From the human T2T-CHM13v2.0 reference genome, Homo sapiens, in NCBI RefSeq assembly GCF_009914755.1, contig NC_060938.1: a stretch of 64,000 nt of DNA; one strand, written 5' to 3'. Under the pieces are notes generated by a model. That model saw only the letters and a program-made list of their open reading frames with translations. It had not been told where the DNA came from and made no database searches. The position numbers and the translations under genes are program-made. Below are positions 13,101 to 28,100 of the stretch, one piece after another. Every line of letters starts with the position of its first letter. Position 1 is the stretch's first letter.

Positions 13101-16100
13101 ATCAAAACTGCTCTGTCAAAAGGAAGGTTCTTTTCTGTTAGGTGAGTGCATACGTCATAAAGGAGTTTCTGAGAATGTTTCTGTCTAGTGGTTATGGGAA
13201 GATATTTGCTTTTTCACCGTAGGCCTCAGAGCGCTCCAAATATCCACTTGCACATACTACAAAAAGAGTGCCTCAAAGCTGCTCTCTGAAACGGAATGTT
13301 CAACTCTATGAGTTGAATGCAAACATCGCAAAGACGTTTCTGAGAATGCTTCTGTCTAGATTTGATATGAAGATATTCCCGTTTCCAACGAAATCTTCAA
13401 ATCTATCCAAATGTCCACTTGCAGATTCAACAAAAAGTGTTTTTCAGAACTGCTCTATCAAAAGAAAGATCCACCTCTGTTAGCTGAGTTCACACATCAC
13501 AAACAAGTTTATGAGAATGCTTCTGTCTAGTTTTTATTTGAAGATATTTCCTTTCTCACCATAGAGCTGAAAGCTGTCCTAATGTTCACTTCCAGATACT
13601 ACAGAAAGAGTGTTTCAAAACTGCTGTACGAAAGGGAATGTTCAACTCTGTGACTTGAATGCACACATCACAAAGAAGTTTCTGAGGATGCTGCTGTCTA
13701 CTTTTTATACGTAATCCCGTTTCCAACGAAATCCTCCAAGCTATCCAAATATCCACTTGCAGATTCCACAGAAAGACTGTTTCAAAACTGCTCTGTCAAT
13801 AGAAAGGTTCAACTCTGTTAGCTGCGTGCATATATCCCAAAGAAGATTCTGAGATTGCTTCTGTCTAGTTTTTATGGGAAGATATTTCCCTTTTCACCGT
13901 AGGCGTCAAGGCGCTCCAAATGTCCACTTCCAGATACTACAAAAAGAGTGTTTCAAACCTACTCTGTGAAAGGGAATATTCAACTCTGTGACTTGAATGC
14001 ACATATCACAAAGAAGTTTCTGAGAATGCTTCTGTCGAGATTTTATATGAAGATATTCCCGTTTCCAACGAAATCCTGAAATGTATCCAAATATCCCCTC
14101 GCAGATTCTACAAAAAGAGTGTTTCAAAACTGCTCTGTAAAAAGAAAGGTTCAACTCTGTTAGTTGAGTACACACATCACAAACAAGTTTCACAGAATGC
14201 TTCTTTCTAGCTTGTAGGGGAAGATTCCCCTTTATCACCATGGTCCTCAAACCGTCCGAAAAGTCCACTTCCATATACTACAAAAAGAGCGTTTCAAACC
14301 TGCTGTATGAAAGGCAATGTTCAACTCTGTGACTTGAATGCAGACATCACAGAGCAGTTTCTGAGAATGCTTCTGTCTAGATTTTATAGGAAGATATTCC
14401 CGTTTCCAACGAAATCTTCACAGCTATCCAAATATCCACTTGCAGATTCTACAAAAAGAGTGTATCAAAACTGCTCTGTCAAAAGGAAGGTTCTTTTCTG
14501 TTAGGTGAGTGCATACGTCATAAAGGAGTTTCTGAGAATGTTTCTGTCTAGTGGTTATGGGAAGATATTTGCTTTTTCACCGTAGGCCTCAGAGCGCTCC
14601 AAATATCCACTTGCACATACTACAAAAAGAGTGCCTCAAACTGCTCTCTGAAACGGAATGTTCAACTCTATGAGTTGAATGCAAACATCGCAAAGACGTT
14701 TCTGAGAATGCTTCTGTCTAGATTTGATATGAAGATATTCCCGTTTCCAACGAAATCTTCAAATCTATCCAAATGTCCACTTGCAGATTCAACAAAAAGT
14801 GTTTTTCAGAACTGCTCTATCAAAAGAAAGATCCACCTCTGTTAGCTGAGTTCACACATCACAAACAAGTTTATGAGAATGCTTCTGTCTAGTTTTTATT
14901 TGAAGATATTTCCTTTCTCACCATAGAGCTGAGAGCTGTCCTAATGTTCACTTCCAGATACTACAGAAAGAGTGTTTCAAAACTGCTGTACGAAAGGGAA
15001 TGTTCAACTCTGTGACTTGAATGCACACATCACAAAGAAGTTTCTGAGGATGCTGCTGGCTACTTTTTATACGTAATCCCGTTTCCAACGAAATCCTCCA
15101 AGCTATCCAAATATCCACTTGCAGATTCCACAGAAAGACTGTTTCAAAACTGCTCTGTCAATAGAAAGGTTCAACTCTGTTAGCTGCGTGCATATATCCC
15201 AAAGAAGATTCTGAGATTGCTTCTGTCTAGTTTTTATGGGAAGATATTTCCCTTTTCACCGTAGGCGTCAAGGCGCTCAAAATGTCCACTTCCAGATACT
15301 ACAAAAAGAGTGTTTCAAACCTACTCTGTGAAAGGGAATATTCAACTCTGTGACTTGAATGCACATATCACAAAGAAGTTTCTGAGAATGCTTCTGTCGA
15401 GATTTTATATGAAGATATTCCCGTTTCCAACGAAATCCTGAAATGTATCCAAATATCCCCTCGCAGATTCTACAAAAAGAGTGTTTCAAAACTGCTCTGT
15501 GAAAAGAAAGGTTCAACTCTGTTAGTTGAGTACACACATCACAAACAAGTTTCACAGAATGCTTCTTTCTAGCTTGTAGGGGAAGATATTCCCTTTATCA
15601 CCATGGGCCTCCAACCGTCCGAAACATCCACTTCCATATACTACAAAAAGAGCGTTTCAAACCTGCTCTAGGAAAGGCAATGTTCAACTCTGTGACTTGA
15701 ATGCAGACATCACAGAGCAGTTTCTGAGAATGCTTCTGTCTAGATTTTATAGGAAGATATTCCCGTTTCCAACGAAATCTTCACAGCTATCCAAATATCC
15801 ACTTGCAGATTCTACAAAAAGAGTGTATCAAAACTGCTCTGTCAAAAGGAAGGTTCTTTTCTGTTAGGTGAGTGCATACGTCATAAAGGAGTTTCTGAGA
15901 ATGTTTCTGTCTAGTGGTTATGGGAAGATATTTGCTTTTTCACCGTAGGCCTCAGAGCGCTCCAAATATCCACTTGCACATACTACAAAAAGAGTGCCTC
16001 AAACTGCTCTCTGAAACGGAATGTTCAACTCTATGAGTTGAATGCAAACATCGCAAAGACGTTTCTGAGAATGCTTCTGTCTAGATTTGATATGAAGATA

Positions 16101-19100
16101 TTCCCGTTTCCAACGAAATCTTCAAATCTATCCAAATGTCCACTTGCAGATTCAACAAAAAGTGTTTTTCAGAACTGCTCTATCAAAAGAAAGATCCACC
16201 TCTGTTAGCTGAGTTCACACATCACAAACAAGTTTATGAGAATGCTTCTGTCTAGTTTTTATTTGAAGATATTTCCTTTCTCACCATAGAGCTGAAAGCT
16301 GTCCTAATGTTCACTTCCAGATACTACAGAAAGAGTGTTTCAAAACTGCTGTACGAAAGGGAATGTTCAACTCTGTGACTTGAATGCACACATCACAAAG
16401 AAGTTTCTGAGGATGCTGCTGGCTACTTTTTATACGTAATCCCGTTTCCAACGAAATCCTCCAAGCTATCCAAATATCCACTTGCAGATTCCACAGAAAG
16501 ACTGTTTCAAAACTGCTCTGTCAATAGAAAGGTTCAACTCTGTTAGCTGCGTGCATATATCCCAAAGAAGATTCTGAGATTGCTTCTGTCTAGTTTTTAT
16601 GGGAAGATATTTCCCTTTTCACCGTAGGCGTCAAGGCGCTCCAAATGTCCACTTCCAGATACTACAAAAAGAGTGTTTCAAACCTACTCTGTGAAAGGGA
16701 ATATTCAACTCTGTGACTTGAATGCACATATCACAAAGAAGTTTCTGAGAATGCTTCTGTCGAGATTTTATATGAAGATATTCCCGTTTCCAACGAAATC
16801 CTGAAATGTATCCAAATATCCCCTCGCAGATTCTACAAAAAGAGTGTTTCAAAACTGCTCTGTGAAAAGAAAGGTTCAACTCTGTTAGTTGAGTACACAC
16901 ATCACAAACAAGTTTCACAGAATGCTTCTTTCTAGCTTGTAGGGGAAGATTCCCCTTTATCACCATGGTCCTCAAACCGTCCGAAAAGTCCACTTCCATA
17001 TACTACAAAAAGAGCGTTTCAAACCTGCTGTATGAAAGGCAATGTTCAAGTCTGTGACTTGAATGCAGACATCACAGAGCAGTTTCTGAGAATGCTTCTG
17101 TCTAGATTTTATAGGAAGATATTCCCGTTTCCAACGAAATCTTCACAGCTATCCAAATATCCACTTGCAGATTCTACAAAAAGAGTGTATCAAAACTGCT
17201 CTGTCAAAAGGAAGGTTCTTTTCTGTTAGGTGAGTGCATACGTCATAAAGGAGTTTCTGAGAATGTTTCTGTCTAGTGGTTATGGGAAGATATTTGCTTT
17301 TTCACCGTAGGCCTCAGAGCGCTCCAAATATCCACTTGCACATACTACAAAAAGAGTGCCTCAAAGCTGCTCTCTGAAACGGAATGTTCAACTCTATGAG
17401 TTGAATGCAAACATCGCAAAGACGTTTCTGAGAATGCTTCTGTCTAGATTTGATATGAAGATATTCCCGTTTCCAACGAAATCTTCAAATCTATCCAAAT
17501 GTCCACTTGCAGATTCAACAAAAAGTGTTTTTCAGAACTGCTCTATCAAAAGAAAGATCCACCTCTGTTAGCTGAGTTCACACATCACAAACAAGTTTAT
17601 GAGAATGCTTCTGTCTAGTTTTTATTTGAAGATATTTCCTTTCTCACCATAGACCTGAAAGCTGTCCTAATGTTCACTTCCAGTTACTACAGAAAGAGTG
17701 TTTCAAAACTGCTGTACGAAAGGGAATGTTCAACTCTGTGACTTGAATGCACACATCACAAAGAAGTTTCTGAGGATGCTGCTGTCTACTTTTTATACTT
17801 AATCCCGTTTCCAACGAAATCCTCCAAGCTATCCAAATATCCACTTGCAGATTCCACAGAAAGACTGTTTCAAAACTGCTCTGTCAATAGAAAGGTTCAA
17901 CTCTGTTAGCTGCGTGCATATATCCCAAAGAAGATTCTGAGATTGCTTCTGTCTAGTTTTTATGGGAAGATATTTCCCTTTTCACCGTAGGCGTCAAGGC
18001 GCTCCAAATGTCCACTTCCAGATACTACAAAAAGAGTGTTTCAAACCTACTCTGTGAAAGGGAATATTCAACTCTGTGACTTGAATGCACATATCACAAG
18101 GAAGTTTCTGAGAATGCTTCTGTCGAGATTTTATATGAAGATATTCCCGTTTCCAACGAAATCCTGAAATGTATCCAAATATCCCCTCGCAGATTCTACA
18201 AAAAGAGTGTTTCAAAACTGCTCTGTAAAAAGAAAGGTTCAACTCTGTTAGTTGAGTACACACATCACAAACAAGTTTCACAGAATGCTTCTTTCTAGCT
18301 TGTAGGGGAAGATTCCCCTTTATCACCAGGGTCCTCAAACCGTCCGAAACATCCACTTCCATATACTACAAAAAGAGCGTTTCAAACCTGCTGTATGAAA
18401 GGCAATGTTCAACTCTGTGACTTGAATGCAGACATCACAGAGCAGTTTCTGAGAATGCTTCTGTCTAGATTTTATAGGAAGATATTCCCGTTTCCAACGA
18501 AATCTTCACAGCTATCCAAATATCCACTTGCAGATTCTACAAAAAGAGTGTATCAAAACTGCTCTGTCAAAAGGAAGGTTCTTTTCTGTTAGGTGAGTGC
18601 ATACGTCATAAAGGAGTTTCTGAGAATGTTTCTGTCTAGTGGTTATGGGAAGATATTTGCTTTTTCACCGTAGGCCTCAGAGCGCTCCAAATATCCACTT
18701 GCACATACTACAAAAAGAGTGCCTCAAAGCTGCTCTCTGAAACGGAATGTTCAACTCTATGAGTTGAATGCAAACATCGCAAAGACGTTTCTGAGAATGC
18801 TTCTGTCTAGATTTGATATGAAGATATTCCCGTTTCCAACGAAATCTTCAAATCTATCCAAATGTCCACTTGCAGATTCAACAAAAAGTGTTTTTCAGAA
18901 CTGCTCTATCAAAAGAAAGATCCACCTCTGTTAGCTGAGTTCACACATCACAAACAAGTTTATGAGAATGCTTCTGTCTAGTTTTTATTTGAAGATATTT
19001 CCTTTCTCACCATAGAGCTGAAAGCTGTCCTAATGTTCACTTCCAGATACTACAGAAAGAGTGTTTCAAAACTGCTGTACGAAAGGGAATGTTCAACTAT

Positions 19101-22100
19101 GTGACTTGAATGCACACATCACAAAGAAGTTTCTGAGGATGCTGCTGTCTAGTTTTTATACGTAATCCCGTTTCCAACGAAATCCTCCAAGCTATCCAAA
19201 TATCCACTTGCAGATTCCACAGAAAGACTGTTTCAAAACTGCTCTGTCAATAGAAAGGTTCAACTCTGTTAGCTGCGTGCATATATCCCAAAGAAGATTC
19301 TGAGATTGCTTCTGTCTAGTTTTTATGGGAAGATATTTCCCTTTTCACCGTAGGCGTCAAGGCGCTCCAAATGTCCACTTCCAGATACTACAAAAAGAGT
19401 GTTTCAAACCTACTCTGTGAAAGGGAATATTCAACTCTGTGACTTGAATGCACATATCACAAAGAAGTTTCTGAGAATGCTTCTGTCGAGATTTTATATG
19501 AAGATATTCCCGTTTCCAACGAAATGCTGAAATCTATCCAAATATCCCCTCGCAGATTCTACAAAAAGAGTGTTTCAAAACTGCTCTGTGAAAAGAAAGG
19601 TTCAACTCTGTTAGTTGAGTACACACATCACAAACAAGTTTCACAGAATGCTTCTTTCTAGCTTGTAGGGGAAGATATTCCCTTTATCACCATGGGCCTC
19701 CAACCGTCCGAAACATCCACTTCCATATACTACAAAAAGAGCGTTTCAAACCTGCTCTATGAAAGGCAATGTTCAACTCTGTGACTTGAATGCAGACATC
19801 ACAGAGCAGTTTCTGAGAATGCTTCTGTCTAGATTTTATAGGAAGATATTCCCGTTTCCAACGAAATCTTCACAGCTATCCAAATATCCACTTGCAGATT
19901 CTACAAAAAGAGTGTATCAAAACTGCTCTGTCAAAAGGAAGGTTCTTCTCTGTTAGGTGAGTGCATACGTCATAAAGGAGTTTCTGAGAATGTTTCTGTC
20001 TAGTGGTTATGGGAAGATATTTGCTTTTTCACCGTAGGCCTCAGAGCGCTCCAAATATCCACTTGCACATACTACAAAAAGAGTGCTTCAAAGCTGCTCT
20101 CTGAAACGGAATGTTCAACTCTATGAGTTGAATGCAAACATCACAAAGACGTTTCTGAGAATGCTTCTGTCTAGATTTGATATGAAGATATTCCCGTTTC
20201 CAACGAAATCTTCAAATCTATCCAAATGTCCACTTGCAGATTCAACAAAAAGTGTTTTTCAGAACTGCTCTATCAAAAGAAAGATCCACCTCTGTTAGCT
20301 GAGTTCACACATCACAAACAAGTTTATGAGAATGCTTCTGTCTAGTTTTTATTTGAAGATATTTCCTTTCTCACCATAGACCTGAAAGCTGTCCTAATGT
20401 TCACTTCCAGTTACTACAGAAAGAGTGTTTCAAAACTGCTGTACGAAAGGGAATGTTCAACTCTGTGACTTGAATGCACACATCACAAAGAAGTTTCTGA
20501 GGATGCTGCTGTCTACTTTTTATACGTAATCCCGTTTCCAACGAAATCCTCCAAGCTATCCAAATATCCACTTGCAGATTCCACAGAAAGACTGTTTCAA
20601 AACTGCTCTGTCAATAGAAAGGTTCAACTCTGTTAGCTGCGTGCATATATCCCAAAGAAGATTCTGAGATTGCTTCTGTCTAGTTTTTATGGGAAGATAT
20701 TTCCCTTTTCACCGTAGGCGTCAAGGCGCTCCAAATGTCCACTTCCAGATACTACAAAAAGAGTGTTTCAAACCTACTCTGTGAAAGGGAATATTCAACT
20801 CTGTGACTTGAATGCACATATCACAAGGAAGTTTCTGAGAATGCTTCTGTCGAGATTTTATATGAAGATATTCCCGTTTCCAACGAAATGCTGAAATCTA
20901 TCCAAATATCCCCTCGCAGATTCTACAAAAAGAGTGTTTCAAAACTGCTCTGTGAAAAGAAAGGTTCAACTCTGTTAGTTGAGTACACACATCACAAACA
21001 AGTTTCACAGAATGCTTCTTTCTAGCTTGTAGGGGAAGATATTCCCTTTATCACCATGGGCCTCCAACCGTCCGAAACATCCACTTCCATATACTACAAA
21101 AAGAGCGTTTCAAACCTGCTCTATGAAAGGCAATGTTCAACTCTGTGACTTGAATGCAGACATCACAGAGCAGTTTCTGAGAATGCTTCTGTCTAGATTT
21201 TATAGGAAGATATTCCCGTTTCCAACGAAATCTTCACAGCTATCCAAATATCCACTTGCAGATTCTACAAAAAGAGTGTATCAAAACTGCTCTGTCAAAA
21301 GGAAGGTTCTTCTCTGTTAGGTGAGTGCATACGTCATAAAGGAGTTTCTGAGAATGTTTCTGTCTAGTGGTTATGGGAAGATATTTGCTTTTTCACCGTA
21401 GGCCTCAGAGCGCTCCAAATATCCACTTGCACATACTACAAAAAGAGTGCTTCAAAGCTGCTCTCTGAAACGGAATGTTCAACTCTATGAGTTGAATGCA
21501 AACATCACAAAGACGTTTCTGAGAATGCTTCTGTCTAGATTTGATATGAAGATATTCCCGTTTCCAACGAAATCTTCAAATCTATCCAAATGTCCACTTG
21601 CAGATTCAACAAAAAGTGTTTTTCAGAACTGCTCTATCAAAAGAAAGATCCACCTCTGTTAGCTGAGTTCACACATCACAAACAAGTTTATGAGAATGCT
21701 TCTGTCTAGTTTTTATTTGAAGATATTTCCTTTCTCACCATAGACCTGAAAGCTGTCCTAATGTTCACTTCCAGTTACTACAGAAAGAGTGTTTCAAAAC
21801 TGCTGTACGAAAGGGAATGTTCAACTCTGTGACTTGAATGCACACATCACAAAGAAGTTTCTGAGGATGCTGCTGTCTACTTTTTATACTTAATCCCGTT
21901 TCCAACGAAATCCTCCAAGCTATCCAAATATCCACTTGCAGATTCCACAGAAAGACTGTTTCAAAACTGCTCTGTCAATAGAAAGGTTCAACTCTGTTAG
22001 CTGCGTGCATATATCCCAAAGAAGATTCTGAGATTGCTTCTGTCTAGTTTTTATGGGAAGATATTTCCCTTTTCACCGTAGGCGTCAAGGCGCTCCAAAT

Positions 22101-25100
22101 GTCCACTTCCAGATACTACAAAAAGAGTGTTTCAAACCTACTCTGTGAAAGGGAATATTCAACTCTGTGACTTGAATGCACATATCACAAGGAAGTTTCT
22201 GAGAATGCTTCTGTCGAGATTTTATATGAAGATATTCCCGTTTCCAACGAAATCCTGAAATGTATCCAAATATCCCCTCGCAGATTCTACAAAAAGAGTG
22301 TTTCAAAACTGCTCTGTAAAAAGAAAGGTTCAACTCTGTTAGTTGAGTACACACATCACAAACAAGTTTCACAGAATGCTTCTTTCTAGCTTGTAGGGGA
22401 AGATTCCCCTTTATCACCATGGTCCTCAAACCGTCCGAAAAGTCCACTTCCATATACTACAAAAAGAGCGTTTCAAACCTGCTGTATGAAAGGCAATGTT
22501 CAACTCTGTGACTTGAATGCAGACATCACAGAGCAGTTTCTGAGAATGCTTCTGTCTAGATTTTATAGGAAGATATTCCCGTTTCCAACGAAATCTTCAC
22601 AGCTATCCAAATATCCACTTGCAGATTCTACAAAAAGAGTGTATCAAAACTGCTCTGTCAAAAGGAAGGTTCTTTTCTGTTAGGTGAGTGCATACGTCAT
22701 AAAGGAGTTTCTGAGAATGTTTCTGTCTAGTGGTTATGGGAAGATATTTGCTTTTTCACCGTAGGCCTCAGAGCGCTCCAAATATCCACTTGCACATACT
22801 ACAAAAAGAGTGCCTCAAAGCTGCTCTCTGAAACGGAATGTTCAACTCTATGAGTTGAATGCAAACATCGCAAAGACGTTTCTGAGAATGCTTCTGTCTA
22901 GATTTGATATGAAGATATTCCCGTTTCCAACGAAATCTTCAAATCTATCCAAATGTCCACTTGCAGATTCAACAAAAAGTGTTTTTCAGAACTGCTCTAT
23001 CAAAAGAAAGATCCACCTCTGTTAGCTGAGTTCACACATCACAAACAAGTTTATGAGAATGCTTCTGTCTAGTTTTTATTTGAAGATATTTCCTTTCTCA
23101 CCATAGAGCTGAAAGCTGTCCTAATGTTCACTTCCAGATACTACAGAAAGAGTGTTTCAAAACTGCTGTACGAAAGGGAATGTTCAACTATGTGACTTGA
23201 ATGCACACATCACAAAGAAGTTTCTGAGGATGCTGCTGTCTAGTTTTTATACGTAATCCCGTTTCCAACGAAATCCTCCAAGCTATCCAAATATCCACTT
23301 GCAGATTCCACAGAAAGACTGTTTCAAAACTGCTCTGTCAATAGAAAGGTTCAACTCTGTTAGCTGCGTGCATATATCCCAAAGAAGATTCTGAGATTGC
23401 TTCTGTCTAGTTTTTATGGGAAGATATTTCCCTTTTCACCGTAGGCGTCAAGGCGCTCCAAATGTCCACTTCCAGATACTACAAAAAGAGTGTTTCAAAC
23501 CTACTCTGTGAAAGGGAATATTCAACTCTGTGACTTGAATGCACATATCACAAAGAAGTTTCTGAGAATGCTTCTGTCGAGATTTTATATGAAGATATTC
23601 CCGTTTCCAACGAAATGCTGAAATCTATCCAAATATCCCCTCGCAGATTCTACAAAAAGAGTGTTTCAAAACTGCTCTGTGAAAAGAAAGGTTCAACTCT
23701 GTTAGTTGAGTACACACATCACAAACAAGTTTCACAGAATGCTTCTTTCTAGCTTGTAGGGGAAGATATTCCCTTTATCACCATGGGCCTCCAACCGTCC
23801 GAAACATCCACTTCCATATACTACAAAAAGAGCGTTTCAAACCTGCTCTATGAAAGGCAATGTTCAACTCTGTGACTTGAATGCAGACATCACAGAGCAG
23901 TTTCTGAGAATGCTTCTGTCTAGATTTTATAGGAAGATATTCCCGTTTCCAACGAAATCTTCACAGCTATCCAAATATCCACTTGCAGATTCTACAAAAA
24001 GAGTGTATCAAAACTGCTCTGTCAAAAGGAAGGTTCTTCTCTGTTAGGTGAGTGCATACGTCATAAAGGAGTTTCTGAGAATGTTTCTGTCTAGTGGTTA
24101 TGGGAAGATATTTGCTTTTTCACCGTAGGCCTCAGAGCGCTCCAAATATCCACTTGCACATACTACAAAAAGAGTGCTTCAAAGCTGCTCTCTGAAACGG
24201 AATGTTCAACTCTATGAGTTGAATGCAAACATCACAAAGACGTTTCTGAGAATGCTTCTGTCTAGATTTGATATGAAGATATTCCCGTTTCCAACGAAAT
24301 CTTCAAATCTATCCAAATGTCCACTTGCAGATTCAACAAAAAGTGTTTTTCAGAACTGCTCTATCAAAAGAAAGATCCACCTCTGTTAGCTGAGTTCACA
24401 CATCACAAACAAGTTTATGAGAATGCTTCTGTCTAGTTTTTATTTGAAGATATTTCCTTTCTCACCATAGAGCTGAAAGCTGTCCTAATGTTCACTTCCA
24501 GATACTACAGAAAGAGTGTTTCAAAACTGCTGTACGAAAGGGAATGTTCAACTCTGTGACTTGAATGCACACATCACAAAGAAGTTTCTGAGGATGCTGC
24601 TGTCTACTTTTTATACGTAATCCCGTTTCCAACGAAATCCTCCAAGCTATCCAAATATCCACTTGCAGATTCCACAGAAAGACTGTTTCAAAACTGCTCT
24701 GTCAATAGAAAGGTTCAACTCTGTTAGCTGCATGCATATATCCCAAAGAAGATTCTGAGATTGCTTCTGTCTAGTTTTTATGGGAAGATATTTCCCTTTT
24801 CACCGTAGGCGTCAAGGCGCTCCAAATGTCCACTTCCAGATACTACAAAAAGAGTGTTTCAAACCTACTCTGTGAAAGGGAATATTCAACTCTGTGACTT
24901 GAATGCACATATCACAAGGAAGTTTCTGAGAATGCTTCTGTCGAGATTTTATATGAAGATATTCCCGTTTCCAACGAAATCCTGAAATGTATCCAAATAT
25001 CCCCTTGCAGATTCTACAAAAAGAGTGTTTCAAAACTGCTCTGTAAAAAGAAAGGTTCAACTCTGTTAGTTGAGTACACACATCACAAACAAGTTTCACA

Positions 25101-28100
25101 CAATGCTTCTTTCTAGCTTGTAGGGGAAGATATTCCCTTTATCACCATGGGCCTCAAACCGTCCGATAAGTCCACTTCCATATACTACAAAAAGAGCGTT
25201 TCAAACCTGCTCTATGAAAGGCAATGTTCAACTCTGTGACTTGAATGCAGACATCACAGAGCAGTTTCTGAGAATGCTTCTGTCTAGATTTTATAGGAAG
25301 ATATTCCCGTTTCCAACGAAATCTTCACAGCTATCCAAATATCTACTTGCAGATTCTACAAAAAGAGTGTATCAAAACTGCTCTGTCAAAAGGAAGGTTC
25401 TTCTGTGTTAGGTGAGTGCATACGTCATAAAGGAGTTTCTGAGAATGTTTCTGTCTAGTGGTTATGGGAAGATATTTGCTTTTTCACCGTAGGCCTCAGA
25501 GCGCTCCAAATATCCACTTGCACATACTACAAAAAGAGTGCCTCAAAGCTGCTCTCTGAAACGGAATGTTCAACTCTATGAGTTGAATGCAAACATCGCA
25601 AAGACGTTTCTGAGAATGCTTCTGTCTAGATTTGATATGAAGATATTCCCGTTTCCAACGAAATCTTCAAATCTATCCAAATGTCCACTTGCAGATTCAA
25701 CAAAAAGTGTTTTTCAGAACTGCTCTATCAAAAGAAAGATCCACCTCTGTTAGCTGAGTTCACACATCACAAACAAGTTTATGAGAATGCTTCTGTCTAG
25801 TTTTTATTTGAAGATATTTCCTTTCTCACCATAGAGCTGAAAGCTGTCCTAATGTTCACTTCCAGATACTACAGAAAGAGTGTTTCAAAACTGCTGTACG
25901 AAAGGGAATGTTCAACTATGTGACTTGAATGCACACATCACAAAGAAGTTTCTGAGGATGCTGCTGTCTACTTTTTATACGTAATCCCGTTTCCAACGAA
26001 ATCCTCCAAGCTATCGAAATATCCACTTGCAGATTCCACAGAAAGACTGTTTCAAAACTGCTCTGTCAATAGAAAGGTTCAACTCTGTTAGCTGCGTGCA
26101 TATATCCCAAAGAAGATTCTGAGATTGCTTCTGTCTAGTTTTTATGGGAAGATATTTCCCTTTTCACCGTAGGCGTCAAGGCGCTCCAAATGTCCACTTC
26201 CAGATACTACAAAAAGAGTGTTTCAAACCTACTCTGTGAAAGGGAATATTCAACTCTGTGACTTGAATGCACATATCACAAAGAAGTTTCTGAGAATGCT
26301 TCTGTCGAGATTTTATATGAAGATATTCCCGTTTCCAACGAAATCCTGAAATCTATCCAAATATCCCCTCGCAGATTCTACAAAAAGAGTGTTTCAAAAC
26401 TGCTCTGTGAAAAGAAAGGTTCAACTCTGTTAGTTGAGTACACACATCACAAACAAGTTTCACAGAATGCTTCTTTCTAGCTTGTAGGGGAAGATATTCC
26501 CTTTATCACCATGGGCCTCCAACCGTCCGAAACATCCACTTCCATATACTACAAAAAGAGCGTTTCAAACCTGCTCTATGAAAGGCAATGTTCAACTCTG
26601 TGACTTGAATGCAGACATCACAGAGCAGTTTCTGAGAATGCTTCTGTCTAGATTTTATAGGAAGATATTCCCGTTTCCAACGAAATCTTCACAGCTATCC
26701 AAATATCCACTTGCAGATTCTACAAAAAGAGTGTATCAAAACTGCTCTGTCAAAAGGAAGGTTCTTCTCTGTTAGGTGAGTGCATACGTCATAAAGGAGT
26801 TTCTGAGAATGTTTCTGTCTAGTGGTTATGGGAAGATATTTGCTTTTTCACCGTAGGCCTCAGAGCGCTCCAAATATCCACTTGCACATACTACAAAAAG
26901 AGTGCCTCAAAGCTGCTCTCTGAAACGGAATGTTCAACTCTATGAGTTGAATGCAAGCATCGCAAAGACGTTTCTGAGAATGCTTCTGTCTAGATTTGAT
27001 ATGAAGAGATTCCCGTTTCCAACGAAATCTTCAAATCTATCCAAATGTCCACTTGCAGATTCAACAAAAAGTGTTTTTCAGAACTGCTCTATCAAAAGAA
27101 AGATCCACCTCTGTTAGCTGAGTTCACACATCACAAACAAGTTTATGAGAATGCTTCTGTCTAGTTTTTATTTGAAGATATTTCCTTTCTCACCATAGAG
27201 CTGAAAGCTGTCCTAATGTTCACTTCCAGATACTACAGAAAGAGTGTTTCAAAACTGCTGTACGAAAGGGAATGTTCAACTATGTGACTTGAATGCACAC
27301 ATCACAAAGAAGTTTCTGAGGATGCTGCTGTCTACTTTTTATACGTAATCCCGTTTCCAACGAAATCCTCCAAGCTATCCAAATATCCACTTGCAGATTC
27401 CACAGAAAGACTGTTTCAAAACTGCTCTGTCAATAGAAAGGTTCAACTCTGTTAGCTGCGTGCATATATCCCAAAGAAGATTCTGAGATTGCTTCTGTCT
27501 AGTTTTTATGGGAAGATATTTCCCTTTTCACCGTAGGCGTCAAGGCGCTCCAAATGTCCACTTCCAGATACTACAAAAAGAGTGTTTCAAACCTACTCTG
27601 TGAAAGGGAATATTCAACTCTGTGACTTGAATGCACATATCACAAAGAAGTTTCTGAGAATGCTTCTGTCGAGATTTTATATGAAGATATTCCCGTTTCC
27701 AACGAAATGCTGAAATCTATCCAAATATCCCCTCGCAGATTCTACAAAAAGAGTGTTTCAAAACTGCTCTGTGAAAAGAAAGGTTCAACTCTGTTAGTTG
27801 AGTACACACATCACAAACAAGTTTCACAGAATGCTTCTTTCTAGCTTGTAGGGGAAGATATTCCCTTTATCACCATGGGCCTCCAACCGTCCGAAACATC
27901 CACTTCCATATACTACAAAAAGAGCGTTTCAAACCTGCTCTATGAAAGGCAATGTTCAACTCTGTGACTTGAATGCAGACATCACAGAGCAGTTTCTGAG
28001 AATGCTTCTGTCTAGATTTTATAGGAAGATATTCCCGTTTCCAACGAAATCTTCACAGCTATCCAAATATCCACTTGCAGATTCTACAAAAAGAGTGTAT

